Assembly: GCA_046045965.1 (NCBI GenBank) | Contig: JBJOKS010000001.1 | Location: 128,001-192,000 of the forward strand | Reading direction: 5' to 3' | DNA: 64,000 nt | From: Cyanobacteriota bacterium | GTDB lineage: Bacteria > Cyanobacteriota > Cyanobacteriia > Cyanobacteriales > Nostocaceae | In this document: in pieces, positions 40,989-49,752 of the stretch | Position numbering within the stretch: the stretch's first letter is position 1 | Layout: each line of letters begins with the position of its first letter | Position numbers and translations under genes: made by a program | Notes under the pieces: generated by a model | The model's database searches: none | Told to the model about the DNA's origin: nothing | Seen by the model: only the letters and a program-made list of their open reading frames with translations

Positions 40989-41582
40989 TCACCTGTTCAT
41001 CCGACGAAATTCACCAGGAGTCTGACGCATGGGTTTTTCTGGGTTCCAGATGCCTTGTCCCATGAGTCTAGCCCAATGCTGGGCATTTTCTAAGCGGTCG
41101 TCGTATTTGTGATTAGGCGATCGCCCTACAAATAAAGCATACCCTTGTTTGAGGACTTGTTCATTCAAAAACATCTGATTTTTCCAAACATAAGCCAAAG
41201 TCCGTCCAAATTTGTCTTTGTTTTCCAAGTCAAACTCTAACTTGACAGATTTTTCCTCATCACCAATCAACTTTTCTATCAATGCTTTACCATCTTCTCC
41301 CCAAGGACGCTGACGCAAATCAGGTGCATCTAAACCAATTAAGCGGACTTGGGAAATTAAATTTGGTTGTTCACCTATCCCCAGCACTTCCAAAGTTTGT
41401 CCGCTGACAACCCGCGCTACTTTCACCTCAGCAGTGATATTTACCGGCTGATTTTTGGCTTGGCAACTGACCAACAACAACAAACAGGTTAAAATTGTCA
41501 TTTTTTGCGCCAAGATGCCCAGAGCGGGTACTAAAGCGGCGATTTTACCCTGTAAGTATCTGCACCCTGGTACAATTTTCAT
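40989..41582 (-). CDS. Thermonuclease (SNase) family lipoprotein
   Basis: VRLIGLDAP, DKFGRTLAYV and GIW motifs; LVSC lipobox. Confidence 0.9.
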   Translation of the reverse strand: MKIVPGCRYLQGKIAALVPALGILAQKMTILTCLLLLVSCQAKNQPVNITAEVKVARVVSGQTLEVLGIGEQPNLISQVRLIGLDAPDLRQRPWGEDGKALIEKLIGDEEKSVKLEFDLENKDKFGRTLAYVWKNQMFLNEQVLKQGYALFVGRSPNHKYDDRLENAQHWARLMGQGIWNPEKPMRQTPGEFRRMNR

Positions 41583-41591
41583 TTTTGTCCT

Positions 41592-41960
41592 CTAATCTTC
41601 ATCTAAGGGTAAACCCGCTTTGATTTTGCCCTTACCAAAAAAGCGCCCAAATTGAAGTTCATATACTTCATCTTCGTCCTGTGTTTCTACTTCTAAGTCA
41701 GAACGTGCATAACTCACACACAACAAAGCGTAACCTTGACGGCGTAAATCTGGGGATAGTCCAATGGCTTCCGGTTGGTAAATTTCTCCTGACAGCACCC
41801 TAACAGCGCAGGTTGTACAAGCACCATTTCGGCAAGAAAAAGGCATTTCTATGCCATTATGCTCGGCTGTGTGCAGGATATAACGGTCTTCTGGTACTTG
41901 CAGGGTGTGTGATACGCCTGTTTGGCGGTTGTGAACTCTGATTGTGTGGGTCTGAACCAT
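41592..41960 (-). CDS. 2Fe-2S ferredoxin
   Basis: CRNGACTTC...LLC motif. Confidence 0.93.
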   Translation of the reverse strand: MVQTHTIRVHNRQTGVSHTLQVPEDRYILHTAEHNGIEMPFSCRNGACTTCAVRVLSGEIYQPEAIGLSPDLRRQGYALLCVSYARSDLEVETQDEDEVYELQFGRFFGKGKIKAGLPLDED

Positions 41961-42066
41961 CTTGATTTTTGCTTGGGAATTTGGGATTTTTATTCATTGT
42001 AAAAATATCTTGTGAAATATTTGCATTTTTTGGGTTTTTGTTTTATTATTGAAATTCATGGCACCT

Positions 42067-42153
42067 GGAGAGGTGGCCGAGTGGTTGAAGGCGCAGACCT
42101 GGAAAGTCTGTTATGCAGAAATGTATACGAGGGTTCGAATCCCTCCCTCTCCG
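42067..42153 (+). tRNA. tRNA-Ser(GGA)
   Basis: GGAGAGG/CCTCTCC acceptor stem; CAGAC-CTGGAAA-GTCTG anticodon arm; long variable arm; GGTTCGAATCC T-loop. Confidence 0.96.
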
Positions 42154-42182
42154 TTTATAAAGCAAATTTGAATATTTAAGTT

Positions 42183-42219
42183 GACCCAGATTGGTAAAAG
42201 CCGTCTGGGTTAATTTTTT
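42183..42219 (+). terminator. Terminator after tRNA-Ser
   Basis: ACCCAGA(TTG)...(CCG)TCTGGGT hairpin followed by a T-rich tail. Confidence 0.6.
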
Positions 42220-42359
42220 ATTGGGTAAAATGTGATCCGAAAATAAACGCTAAAATTGACCTTTCGCTCTAAAAAGTGGCGAAAATTACCTTATTAACGT
42301 AATTTATCAGGCTGCTATGTGGTACATTTATGAAATATTTGAAATAACAGCCTGGTACT

Positions 42360-42743
42360 ATGTCGGACACATCCAATTTTCAAATTACCATTGCTTTCAC
42401 TGATACAGACTTAGACAACGAAGACAAAAATCAGGAAGTGCAGAAGCTACTGAGTCAAATGCAGAAGCTAGATGAAATAGAAGACGTTAACCGCGTTCTT
42501 GACCCCAACCCCCCGGAGGGAAACAAAGCTGGAGGAGGTTTTTTACCCGGACTACTAACAGCACAAGTTAACCCAGCCAACTTTTTGAAATTATTTGGAT
42601 TTTTGGCAGAACGTTTGGGTAACAAACCGATTAAACTCAATGTTAAAGCCCCAGATGGTCGGGAAATAAACGTCGAAGCCAGCAGTAAAGAAGAATTTGA
42701 ATTTGCTTGGCAAAAAGCACAAGATTTTATTAATAACAAATAA
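42360..42743 (+). CDS. Small protein resembling EACC1 (effector-associated constant component)
   Basis: Acidic helix, PPEGNKAG, hydrophobic segment, then IKLNVKAPDGREINVEA; 9 bp upstream of a caspase gene. Confidence 0.65.
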   Translation: MSDTSNFQITIAFTDTDLDNEDKNQEVQKLLSQMQKLDEIEDVNRVLDPNPPEGNKAGGGFLPGLLTAQVNPANFLKLFGFLAERLGNKPIKLNVKAPDGREINVEASSKEEFEFAWQKAQDFINNK

Positions 42744-42752
42744 GGCTGGACA

Positions 42753-44525
42753 ATGGCGAGAATTGCACTATTGATAGGAGTAAGTGAATATGAACCAGGC
42801 TTAAATCGACTGGCTGGGGCTGTAAAAGATGTGGACGCAATGCGGCGAGTTTTACAGCATCCAGAAATGGGTGGTTTTGCTGAGAGTGAAATTATAGTCA
42901 TGCAAAATCCCCAACGACAGGATATGGAAAATGCTATTGAAAAGCTTTTTGCTAACCGTCAGAAAGATGATTTATTGTTGCTTTATTTCTCCGGTCATGG
43001 AATTACAGATGATAGTGGGAGGTTATATCTAACTAATAGCCAAACTCACAAATATGACAATGGTAATTTAGTTATAACTAGTGCTACTTCTGCCAGTTTA
43101 ATACATCAATTTATGGACAATGGGCATTGTAAGTCTAAACGACAGGTGATTATTCTTGACTGTTGTTATAGCGGAGCTTTTGCGGAAGGGATGAAAGTAA
43201 AAGATGGTGGTAGTGTAGATATTAATAAGCAATTAGGAGGAAAAGGTAGGGCAGTTTTGACTTCTTCCTCTTGTGGCGAATATTCTTTTGAACAAAGAGG
43301 AGAAGAATTATCAGTTTATACCCGTTACATTGTTGAAGGTATTGAAACTGGTGCGGCTGATACTGACAACGATGGTATGATTTCTGTGGACGAATTACAT
43401 GAATATGCCTTCAAAAAAGTGCAGGAAGCAGCACCAGCAATGAGTCCAAAAATTTATGCTGTGGAAGAAGGTTATAAAATTAAGGTAGCAAATGCACCTG
43501 TTGGTAATCCCAAATTAAAATATCGCAAGGAAGTAGAAAAATATTTACGAGATGGTAAAATTTCAACTATTGGTAATCGAATTTTAAAACGTTATCAAAA
43601 TGAATTGGGTTTATCAGATGATGAAGTTAAGGAAATACAGGATGAAGTTTTAGAACCTATTCGTAGATATCAAGCTAATTTGAAAGAGTATGAAGAAGCT
43701 TTGCGAGAAGCTTTGGAAGATGAAACAAGTCTTAGCCAAGAGACACAAAATGAGTTAAAACACTTTCAGCAAGTTTTACAACTTAGAGATGAGGATGTAG
43801 AACCTATTCACGATAGGTTAATTTTGTCTTCAAATCATCCCTCAGAACAAACAATCATTGCACCTCCTCAAACTACTCAACCTTTAGAACTGCTTAACTC
43901 ATATCTTGGTTCTCAACCAAACATTTCAGCAGTTGAGGCTGGAGAGATTATTAAGTCAGGTCAAAATATACAAGCTCCTACTCAAACAGATGACCTGTCA
44001 TCAGAAAGAGGCATAGACTACACCACACTGCGCGACTTACTAGCAGCACAAAAATGGCAGGAAGCAGATACAGAAACCTACGAAGTAATGATTAAAGCTG
44101 TAGGTAAAAAGTCTGGGGACTGGTTTACAAGTGATGAATTATTAAATTTCCCATGTAAAGACCTCCGCACAATTGACCAATTGTGGGTAAAATACAGTAA
44201 TGGACGATTTGGGTTTAGCGTCCAAAAGGAAATTTACTTGAGTGTTGGTGGTAAGCCTGATGGCGAGTATGACTCAGTTGCCTGGGTTAGATTTGCTAAA
44301 AAAGTAGGATGGAAAAACGAAGAAGATAAATGGATAGAAAAGGTAAAATTTTATACCTCAGCCCCGAAAGGACACTTACCTGTAAGTTTGGATTGGAGAT
44401 TAAGTTGGATAGAGGATGAATGGGAAGGATTAGAAGGATTGAGTTGGGAGTTATGGGAAGTATGGATGAGTTGGGTGGTTGGTTTCTCTTCTCTCGCATC
44501 GAGACTTGTAAACTGTAACATCTAA
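42753..44525 (+). CDS. Caspase-like (C14) peptidase + helical linker + C-terminal GUN4 domain
   Basis: ALLIGV; YFSGHG and ILDCCYSG catalytic dyad; GUN4 motifs DYTTLRDLL..WQEAD.ET, IDQLWVKYSNGRFGFSVQ and PKGHLP. Confidence 0.92.
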   Translation: MARIALLIGVSEYEPGLNRLAGAVKDVDAMRRVLQHPEMGGFAESEIIVMQNPQRQDMENAIEKLFANRQKDDLLLLYFSGHGITDDSGRLYLTNSQTHKYDNGNLVITSATSASLIHQFMDNGHCKSKRQVIILDCCYSGAFAEGMKVKDGGSVDINKQLGGKGRAVLTSSSCGEYSFEQRGEELSVYTRYIVEGIETGAADTDNDGMISVDELHEYAFKKVQEAAPAMSPKIYAVEEGYKIKVANAPVGNPKLKYRKEVEKYLRDGKISTIGNRILKRYQNELGLSDDEVKEIQDEVLEPIRRYQANLKEYEEALREALEDETSLSQETQNELKHFQQVLQLRDEDVEPIHDRLILSSNHPSEQTIIAPPQTTQPLELLNSYLGSQPNISAVEAGEIIKSGQNIQAPTQTDDLSSERGIDYTTLRDLLAAQKWQEADTETYEVMIKAVGKKSGDWFTSDELLNFPCKDLRTIDQLWVKYSNGRFGFSVQKEIYLSVGGKPDGEYDSVAWVRFAKKVGWKNEEDKWIEKVKFYTSAPKGHLPVSLDWRLSWIEDEWEGLEGLSWELWEVWMSWVVGFSSLASRLVNCNI

Positions 44526-44558
44526 GGCTTTCAGAAATCTGTAAATATTTATTACAAC

Positions 44559-45314
44559 CTACTTTCCCACGGAAGAATCAACATTTGCGAATTTCGTTAC
44601 CTGGCACGGCGGGGTTATCTCCTGCACCTCCGTACTTTCTGTTACCCTCTGCTTATCCCAAGGTAAACTCATCTGTCCTGGTGACTTCTTGCTTTTACCG
44701 CTTTTCTTCATCGACGGTAAAAACCGACTTCCCCAATAGTTTCTTTTTTCTGGTTTGGCCTTTGGTTTATACTTCTTGCAAAACCGCCGATATTTAGCTG
44801 CACATTCTTCCAGAGTCCTCCCCAATTGCAAAAATGCCGGATGCCATTGAGTGATACCATCATTACTCAAGCGGTCATGAGTACCATAATTACTAAAATC
44901 ATAAAAAAAGCCTTGTTGTATTCCTGCTGCTTTCGGGTTAGCGTGGATATAGCGTAAAGTATTTAAGGCACGACGATAATCTGTATTTTCAAACCCTGTA
45001 CTGTGGTATCGCTTTTCCCAAAAATGACCTGTACGGTTCAGCATCCGATTAAAACACATAGCAGTGTACCAGTTTAACCAGTGCATAACTTTTGGTAATT
45101 CTTCTGGCTGTTTTGGTTCTAGGAGATAATGAACATGATTACTCATAATGCACAGTGCATAGAGTTTAAAACCATACTTTTGTTGTGCTTTTTTAATCGC
45201 ATAAAGAAAAACTTCACGACATTCTAACCGTGTAAGTCGAAATTCGCGGTTATTGCAACGGGTAGTGATGTGATAACAGAAACCTGGTTGAAAATTGCGT
45301 TTTGGACGAGACAT
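44559..45314 (-). CDS. RAYT-type (REP-associated) HUH/Y1 tyrosine transposase
   Basis: YHITTRCNNRE, HUH motif MSNHVH, FWEKRYHS and catalytic YIHANP; probable start MSRPKR. Confidence 0.9.
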   Translation of the reverse strand: MSRPKRNFQPGFCYHITTRCNNREFRLTRLECREVFLYAIKKAQQKYGFKLYALCIMSNHVHYLLEPKQPEELPKVMHWLNWYTAMCFNRMLNRTGHFWEKRYHSTGFENTDYRRALNTLRYIHANPKAAGIQQGFFYDFSNYGTHDRLSNDGITQWHPAFLQLGRTLEECAAKYRRFCKKYKPKAKPEKRNYWGSRFLPSMKKSGKSKKSPGQMSLPWDKQRVTESTEVQEITPPCQVTKFANVDSSVGK

Positions 45315-45327
45315 GGAGATAACAATT

Positions 45328-45483
45328 TTAGGCAAATAATTCACCACCAGCAGACCGGGGTATGATATGCTCAAATTCAAAAGTTGTAACTGTTAAATAT
45401 TCAGCAGTACGACAGTAAGCACAACAATCTGAAAAACAATGACGAATTTTTGTTTGTAATTCAACAGAAATATAAACACTCAC
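45328..45483 (-). pseudogene. Truncated HNH endonuclease (51 aa)
   Basis: Manual translation MSVYISVELQTKIRHCFSDCCAYCRTAEYLTVTTFEFEHIIPRSAGGELFA*; has CxxC and EHIIPxxxGG but lacks the NL..CxxCN half; GTGA overlap with the upstream gene. Confidence 0.85.
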
Positions 45484-45821
45484 GCTACTCTAGATTTGTT
45501 TTGAAGTTGGTTTAATGTATATCTTGCTCTAGTTTTAAGAATATTCAATTGATCAATCTGTGCTATTAATCTTTCTAAAGTTTCACTTTCTTCATTTGAC
45601 AATTGATTCTCAGAATTTTTCATTAATAACTCATCTAATCGAATCTGACTTTTAAGAGACAAAGAAGTTTCTGCTAAAGCTTGCAACTCATCCAAACTTA
45701 AACCAATCAATAATTCAGTATCTGCTGATAAATTGGTTAGCTGTTGGTAAGTTTCCAGATTTAACAATACACCAACTTTTTCTCCCTGGGTATTAGTTAT
45801 ATACTGCACTGATTCAGACAT
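45480..45821 (-). CDS. Small antitoxin-like protein translationally coupled to the HNH remnant
   Basis: QYITNTQGEKVGVLL N-terminus; RLDELL..QLSNEE helical domain. Confidence 0.7.
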   Translation of the reverse strand: MSESVQYITNTQGEKVGVLLNLETYQQLTNLSADTELLIGLSLDELQALAETSLSLKSQIRLDELLMKNSENQLSNEESETLERLIAQIDQLNILKTRARYTLNQLQNKSRVA

Positions 45822-45930
45822 GGTTTGGCTGTTGTATGATTAGTTGTATTGTAACTTTTTATAAAAATAAAATTTTATAAGATGTAACAAATATTTATAA
45901 TCAAAATATCTAGGAAAACTATCTAAAAAT

Positions 45931-46320
45931 ATGAGTAACCAAATCACAATTACTCTACCAGATGACGTTTACCAAAAAGCTGAACACTTCGCACGTTTAG
46001 CAAACCGTGATTTAGCCAGCGTCTTAATTGAGACTATCCAATTATCCATCCCACCTGTTAGCCAAGAAGCAGCAACCCTTGAACCTGTATCAACACTTTC
46101 TGAGCAGCAAGTTTTAGCTTTGACAGAATTACAAATGAAATCTGAAGAAGATAGCCGTTTGAGTGAATTGCTAGACAGACAACAAGCTGGTATTCTCACA
46201 GATTTAGAACATTCTGAATTACAAGCACTCATGCAAATTTACCAAGAAGGTTTATTGCGAAAAGCTACTGCATTGAGTGAAGCTGTAAAACGTGGGTTAA
46301 TTAAAAAGTTAGATGAGTGA
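45931..46320 (+). CDS. Small antitoxin-like protein (RHH-like N-terminus + helical domain)
   Basis: ITITLPDDVYQKAE N-terminus; RLSELLDRQQAGILT similar to 45480-45821. Confidence 0.75.
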   Translation: MSNQITITLPDDVYQKAEHFARLANRDLASVLIETIQLSIPPVSQEAATLEPVSTLSEQQVLALTELQMKSEEDSRLSELLDRQQAGILTDLEHSELQALMQIYQEGLLRKATALSEAVKRGLIKKLDE

Positions 46321-46337
46321 GTTCTAGGAGAGAAAAA

Positions 46338-46502
46338 ATGAGCGTTTCAATTGAGCGTATTTTAAGTGAAATTGATCAATTGACTCTAGTAGAACAGATG
46401 CAAGTATTAGAGCATTTGGTGAAGCAGATGAAGCAATCTGTAGAAGCTGTAGCGGTAACTCCAAAGCCTAAGTATGGAGGCAGCCTTAATGAAGCTAAGT
46501 GA
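46338..46502 (+). CDS. Small hypothetical protein or fragment
   Basis: RBS AGGAGA; MSVSIERILSEIDQLTLVEQMQVLEHL helical hairpin. Confidence 0.5.
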   Translation: MSVSIERILSEIDQLTLVEQMQVLEHLVKQMKQSVEAVAVTPKPKYGGSLNEAK

Positions 46503-46723
46503 TGCTTTTGCAGAGGTAGCAAAGGGGATATCAGCTATACCGAAATTCTCAATGATCGTAAAATCGGCTAAAATGGCAAAATGTCATGAAAAACCGATTA
46601 TCCAAATATAACTATAATTTTACCCAGTCATCCCCATTCTGAACACTAACGCACCAAGTGAAATGTTGTAGCGGGGGAAAATCAAGTTAAAAATAAGTAG
46701 GTTAAAGAAACGGGGAAACTAAC

Positions 46724-48154
46724 GTGAGTTCTGGATTTGATTACGATTTAGTGATTATTGGCGCGGGTGTAGGTGGTCATGGCGCAGCCCTACACGCTGT
46801 CAATTATGGTCTGAAAACAGCGATTATTGAAGCAGCAGACATGGGGGGAACCTGTGTTAACCGAGGTTGTATTCCCTCTAAGGCGCTTTTAGCTGCTTCC
46901 GGAAGGGTGCGGGAGTTACGCAACGCTCACCACCTGAAATCTTTGGGAATTCAAATTGGTAATGTAGAATTTGATCGGCAAGCGATCGCAAATCATGCTG
47001 ATAATCTTGTTTCTAAAATTCAAGGTGACTTAACCAACAGTCTCAAACGGTTGGGAGTCGATATTATCCGGGGTTGGGGAAAAGTCGCTGGTTCACAAAA
47101 AGTCACCGTCTCTACAGATAGCGGTGAAAAAACCATCACAGCCCAAAATATCATTCTTTCCCCCGGTTCTGTTCCCTTCGTTCCTCCCGGAATTGAAGTA
47201 GATGGCAAAACAGTATTTACCAGCGACCAAGGGGTAAAATTAGAATCTCTACCCCAGTGGATAGCAATTATTGGTAGTGGTTACATCGGTTTGGAATTTT
47301 CTGATATTTACACTGCTTTGGGTTGTGAAGTCACAATGATTGAAGCCCTAGATGTGTTAATGCCAGGATTTGACCGTGATATTGCTAAACTGGCAGAACG
47401 GGTTTTAATTACTCCCCGCGATATTGAAACCAAAGTGGGAATATACGCAAAGAAAATCATTCCTGGTTCTCCAGTGGTGATTGAATTAGCAGATTTCCAA
47501 ACTAAAGAAGATTTAGAAGTGTTGGAAGTTGATGCTTGTTTAGTAGCTACAGGTCGCATCCCCGCTACTAAAAATCTGGGTTTAGATTCTGTGGGTGTGG
47601 AACTGGATAAACGGAATTTCATCCCTGTTAACGATGGAATGGCCGTACTTTCAGCAGGTGAAGTAGTCCCCCATCTGTATGCAATTGGTGATGCTAACGG
47701 GAAAATGATGTTAGCTCACGCGGCTTCGGCTCAAGGTATCATTGCGGTAGAAAATATCCTGGGTAAAAACAAAAAAGTAGACTATCGCAGTATTCCCGCA
47801 GCAGCTTTTACCCACCCCGAAGTTAGTTATGTGGGTTTAACAGAACCAGCTGCTCAAGAATTGGGTTTAGCTGAAGGCTTTGAAATTGGAACAAGTAAGA
47901 GTTACTTCAAAGGCAATTCTAAAGCTTTAGCAGAAAATGAAGCTGATGGTATCGCTAAAGTGATTTATCGTAAAGATACAGGTGAAGTCTTAGGTGTGCA
48001 TATTTTCGGTTTACACGCTTCTGATTTGATTCATGAAGCATCCGCCGCAGTTGCTAACCGTCAATCTGTAAAAGACCTCGCTTATTTAGTTCACGCCCAT
48101 CCTACACTATCAGAAGTGTTAGATGAAGCCTATAAACGAGCGATCGCAAGTTAG
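46724..48154 (+). CDS. lpdA: Dihydrolipoyl dehydrogenase
   Basis: [19 protein letters not shown] and HAHPTLSE motifs. Confidence 0.97.
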   Translation: MSSGFDYDLVIIGAGVGGHGAALHAVNYGLKTAIIEAADMGGTCVNRGCIPSKALLAASGRVRELRNAHHLKSLGIQIGNVEFDRQAIANHADNLVSKIQGDLTNSLKRLGVDIIRGWGKVAGSQKVTVSTDSGEKTITAQNIILSPGSVPFVPPGIEVDGKTVFTSDQGVKLESLPQWIAIIGSGYIGLEFSDIYTALGCEVTMIEALDVLMPGFDRDIAKLAERVLITPRDIETKVGIYAKKIIPGSPVVIELADFQTKEDLEVLEVDACLVATGRIPATKNLGLDSVGVELDKRNFIPVNDGMAVLSAGEVVPHLYAIGDANGKMMLAHAASAQGIIAVENILGKNKKVDYRSIPAAAFTHPEVSYVGLTEPAAQELGLAEGFEIGTSKSYFKGNSKALAENEADGIAKVIYRKDTGEVLGVHIFGLHASDLIHEASAAVANRQSVKDLAYLVHAHPTLSEVLDEAYKRAIAS

Positions 48155-48316
48155 GTGATTGGTGATTGGTGATTGGTGATTGGTGATTGGGAATCATAAA
48201 AATTGATTACCCAGTCCCTATCTTCCCAGTTCCCAGTCCCTATCTTCCCAGTCCCTATCTTCCCAGTCCCCAGTCCCCAGTCCCCATTCCCCATTCCCCA
48301 TTCCCCAGTCCCCAAA

Positions 48317-49201
48317 ATGCAAATCCGTCGTCGTTCACCTAGTCCCGCTATTGATGTATCTATTATTCGCTACCAAGCAGTTTTAGATGATGCAGCGCCA
48401 AATCATATTTTAGAAGAAATTGTTTGGCAAAAAGAAATAGAAGTTGAGCAAATGCGGGAAAAGCTGCCTTTGCCAGAATTGCAGAAAAAAGCTCTCACAG
48501 CACCGCCAACCCGTGATTTTATCGCTGCATTACGTCAAGGTAAAACCAAACCCGCCCTAATTGCAGAAGTTAAAAAAGCTTCTCCTAGTAAGGGAGTTTT
48601 ACGGGCAGATTTTGACCCTGTAGAAATTGCTAAAGCCTATCAAGACGGTGGTGCTAGTTGTCTTTCAGTTCTCACAGATACAAAGTTTTTTCAAGGTAGT
48701 TTTGAAAACTTATCTCTAGTACGTGCTGCCGTAGATTTGCCATTGTTATGTAAGGAATTTATCATTTATCCTTATCAAATGTATTTGGCGCGAATTAATG
48801 GTGCAGATGCGGTTTTATTGATAGCGGCAATTCTCAGTGATCAAGATTTACAATACTTTGTCAAAATTGCTAATAAGCTAAATATGGCTGCTTTGATAGA
48901 AGTCCATAGTTTAGAAGAACTTGACAGAGTTTTATCCTTAGATGGTGTTTCTTTAGTTGGTATAAATAATCGCAACTTAGCAGATTTTTCCGTTGACTTA
49001 CAAACTACCTGTCAATTACTCAAAGACAGAGGTAGTCAATTACAAGCTAAAAATATTCTGGTAGTGAGTGAATCAGGAATTCATCACCCAGAGGATTTAA
49101 GTGTAGTAGAAACAGCCGGCGCAACAGCTGTACTCATTGGTGAGTCTTTGGTAAAACAACCAGATCCGAAATTAGCAATTACTAATCTTTTTGGTAAATA
49201 G
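48317..49201 (+). CDS. trpC: Indole-3-glycerol phosphate synthase
   Basis: [19 protein letters not shown] and SESGI; the longer ORF-track N-terminus is only STRR sequence. Confidence 0.96.
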   Translation: MQIRRRSPSPAIDVSIIRYQAVLDDAAPNHILEEIVWQKEIEVEQMREKLPLPELQKKALTAPPTRDFIAALRQGKTKPALIAEVKKASPSKGVLRADFDPVEIAKAYQDGGASCLSVLTDTKFFQGSFENLSLVRAAVDLPLLCKEFIIYPYQMYLARINGADAVLLIAAILSDQDLQYFVKIANKLNMAALIEVHSLEELDRVLSLDGVSLVGINNRNLADFSVDLQTTCQLLKDRGSQLQAKNILVVSESGIHHPEDLSVVETAGATAVLIGESLVKQPDPKLAITNLFGK

Positions 49202-49361
49202 GACTGGGGACTGGGGACTAGGGACTGGGGACTGGGGACTGGGGAATCAATTTTATTTTTCCCAATTACCAATGCCCAATGCCCAATGCCCAAATCTTTT
49301 TTATTATGTAACAATTTATTGAACAAGATAATCAGATAAAATCTCGCATTGGCAATCTTAT

Positions 49362-49619
49362 ATGAATTTCATGGAGCAACTTCCTTTACCAGCGCCTATC
49401 CACTATGAACTTATACTGCAACTGTTAGAAAAGCAAACAATGAGTGCTGTAAATAATAACCAGAACTTACGGCACGAAGTCAGTCAGCTAATTATTACCC
49501 TGCGAAAAGCTGCCGCACAACAAAAGCGATTAGAGGAAATTTGTCAAGCTTCTTCTTTCGCTGTAGACCATCGGTGGTCCATCAATCATCAGAGCGGAAA
49601 AACTGTTACTTCTGATTGA
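49362..49619 (+). CDS. Conserved cyanobacterial small protein (DUF5340-like)
   Basis: LPLPAPIHYELILQLLE..LIITLRKA..QK pattern. Confidence 0.7.
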   Translation: MNFMEQLPLPAPIHYELILQLLEKQTMSAVNNNQNLRHEVSQLIITLRKAAAQQKRLEEICQASSFAVDHRWSINHQSGKTVTSD

Positions 49620-49752
49620 TACCTAGAGCAGATGTCACGCTCTGTTGGTACTATAATCTGATGAAATTGGTAAATGAATATCTACAATTTGCCATTGGAT
49701 TTAACCATCCTCACACAATTTTGACTCTTATTGGATTTTTAGGATAGAGATA

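Noticed and set aside
44341..44525. Classical DGR variable region in caspase-GUN4
   Set aside because: No template repeat, reverse transcriptase or avd was seen in the window, and the bias is C-absence rather than adenine-specific change. A remote DGR cannot be excluded.
45315..45380. N-terminal extension of the RAYT in the ORF track (TTG start at 45380)
   Set aside because: It overlaps the HNH remnant in another frame; MSRPKR at 45314 is the more plausible start.
42140..46720. attL/attR pair defining a prophage or integrative element
   Set aside because: No second copy of the tRNA 3' end and no integrase or phage genes were found.
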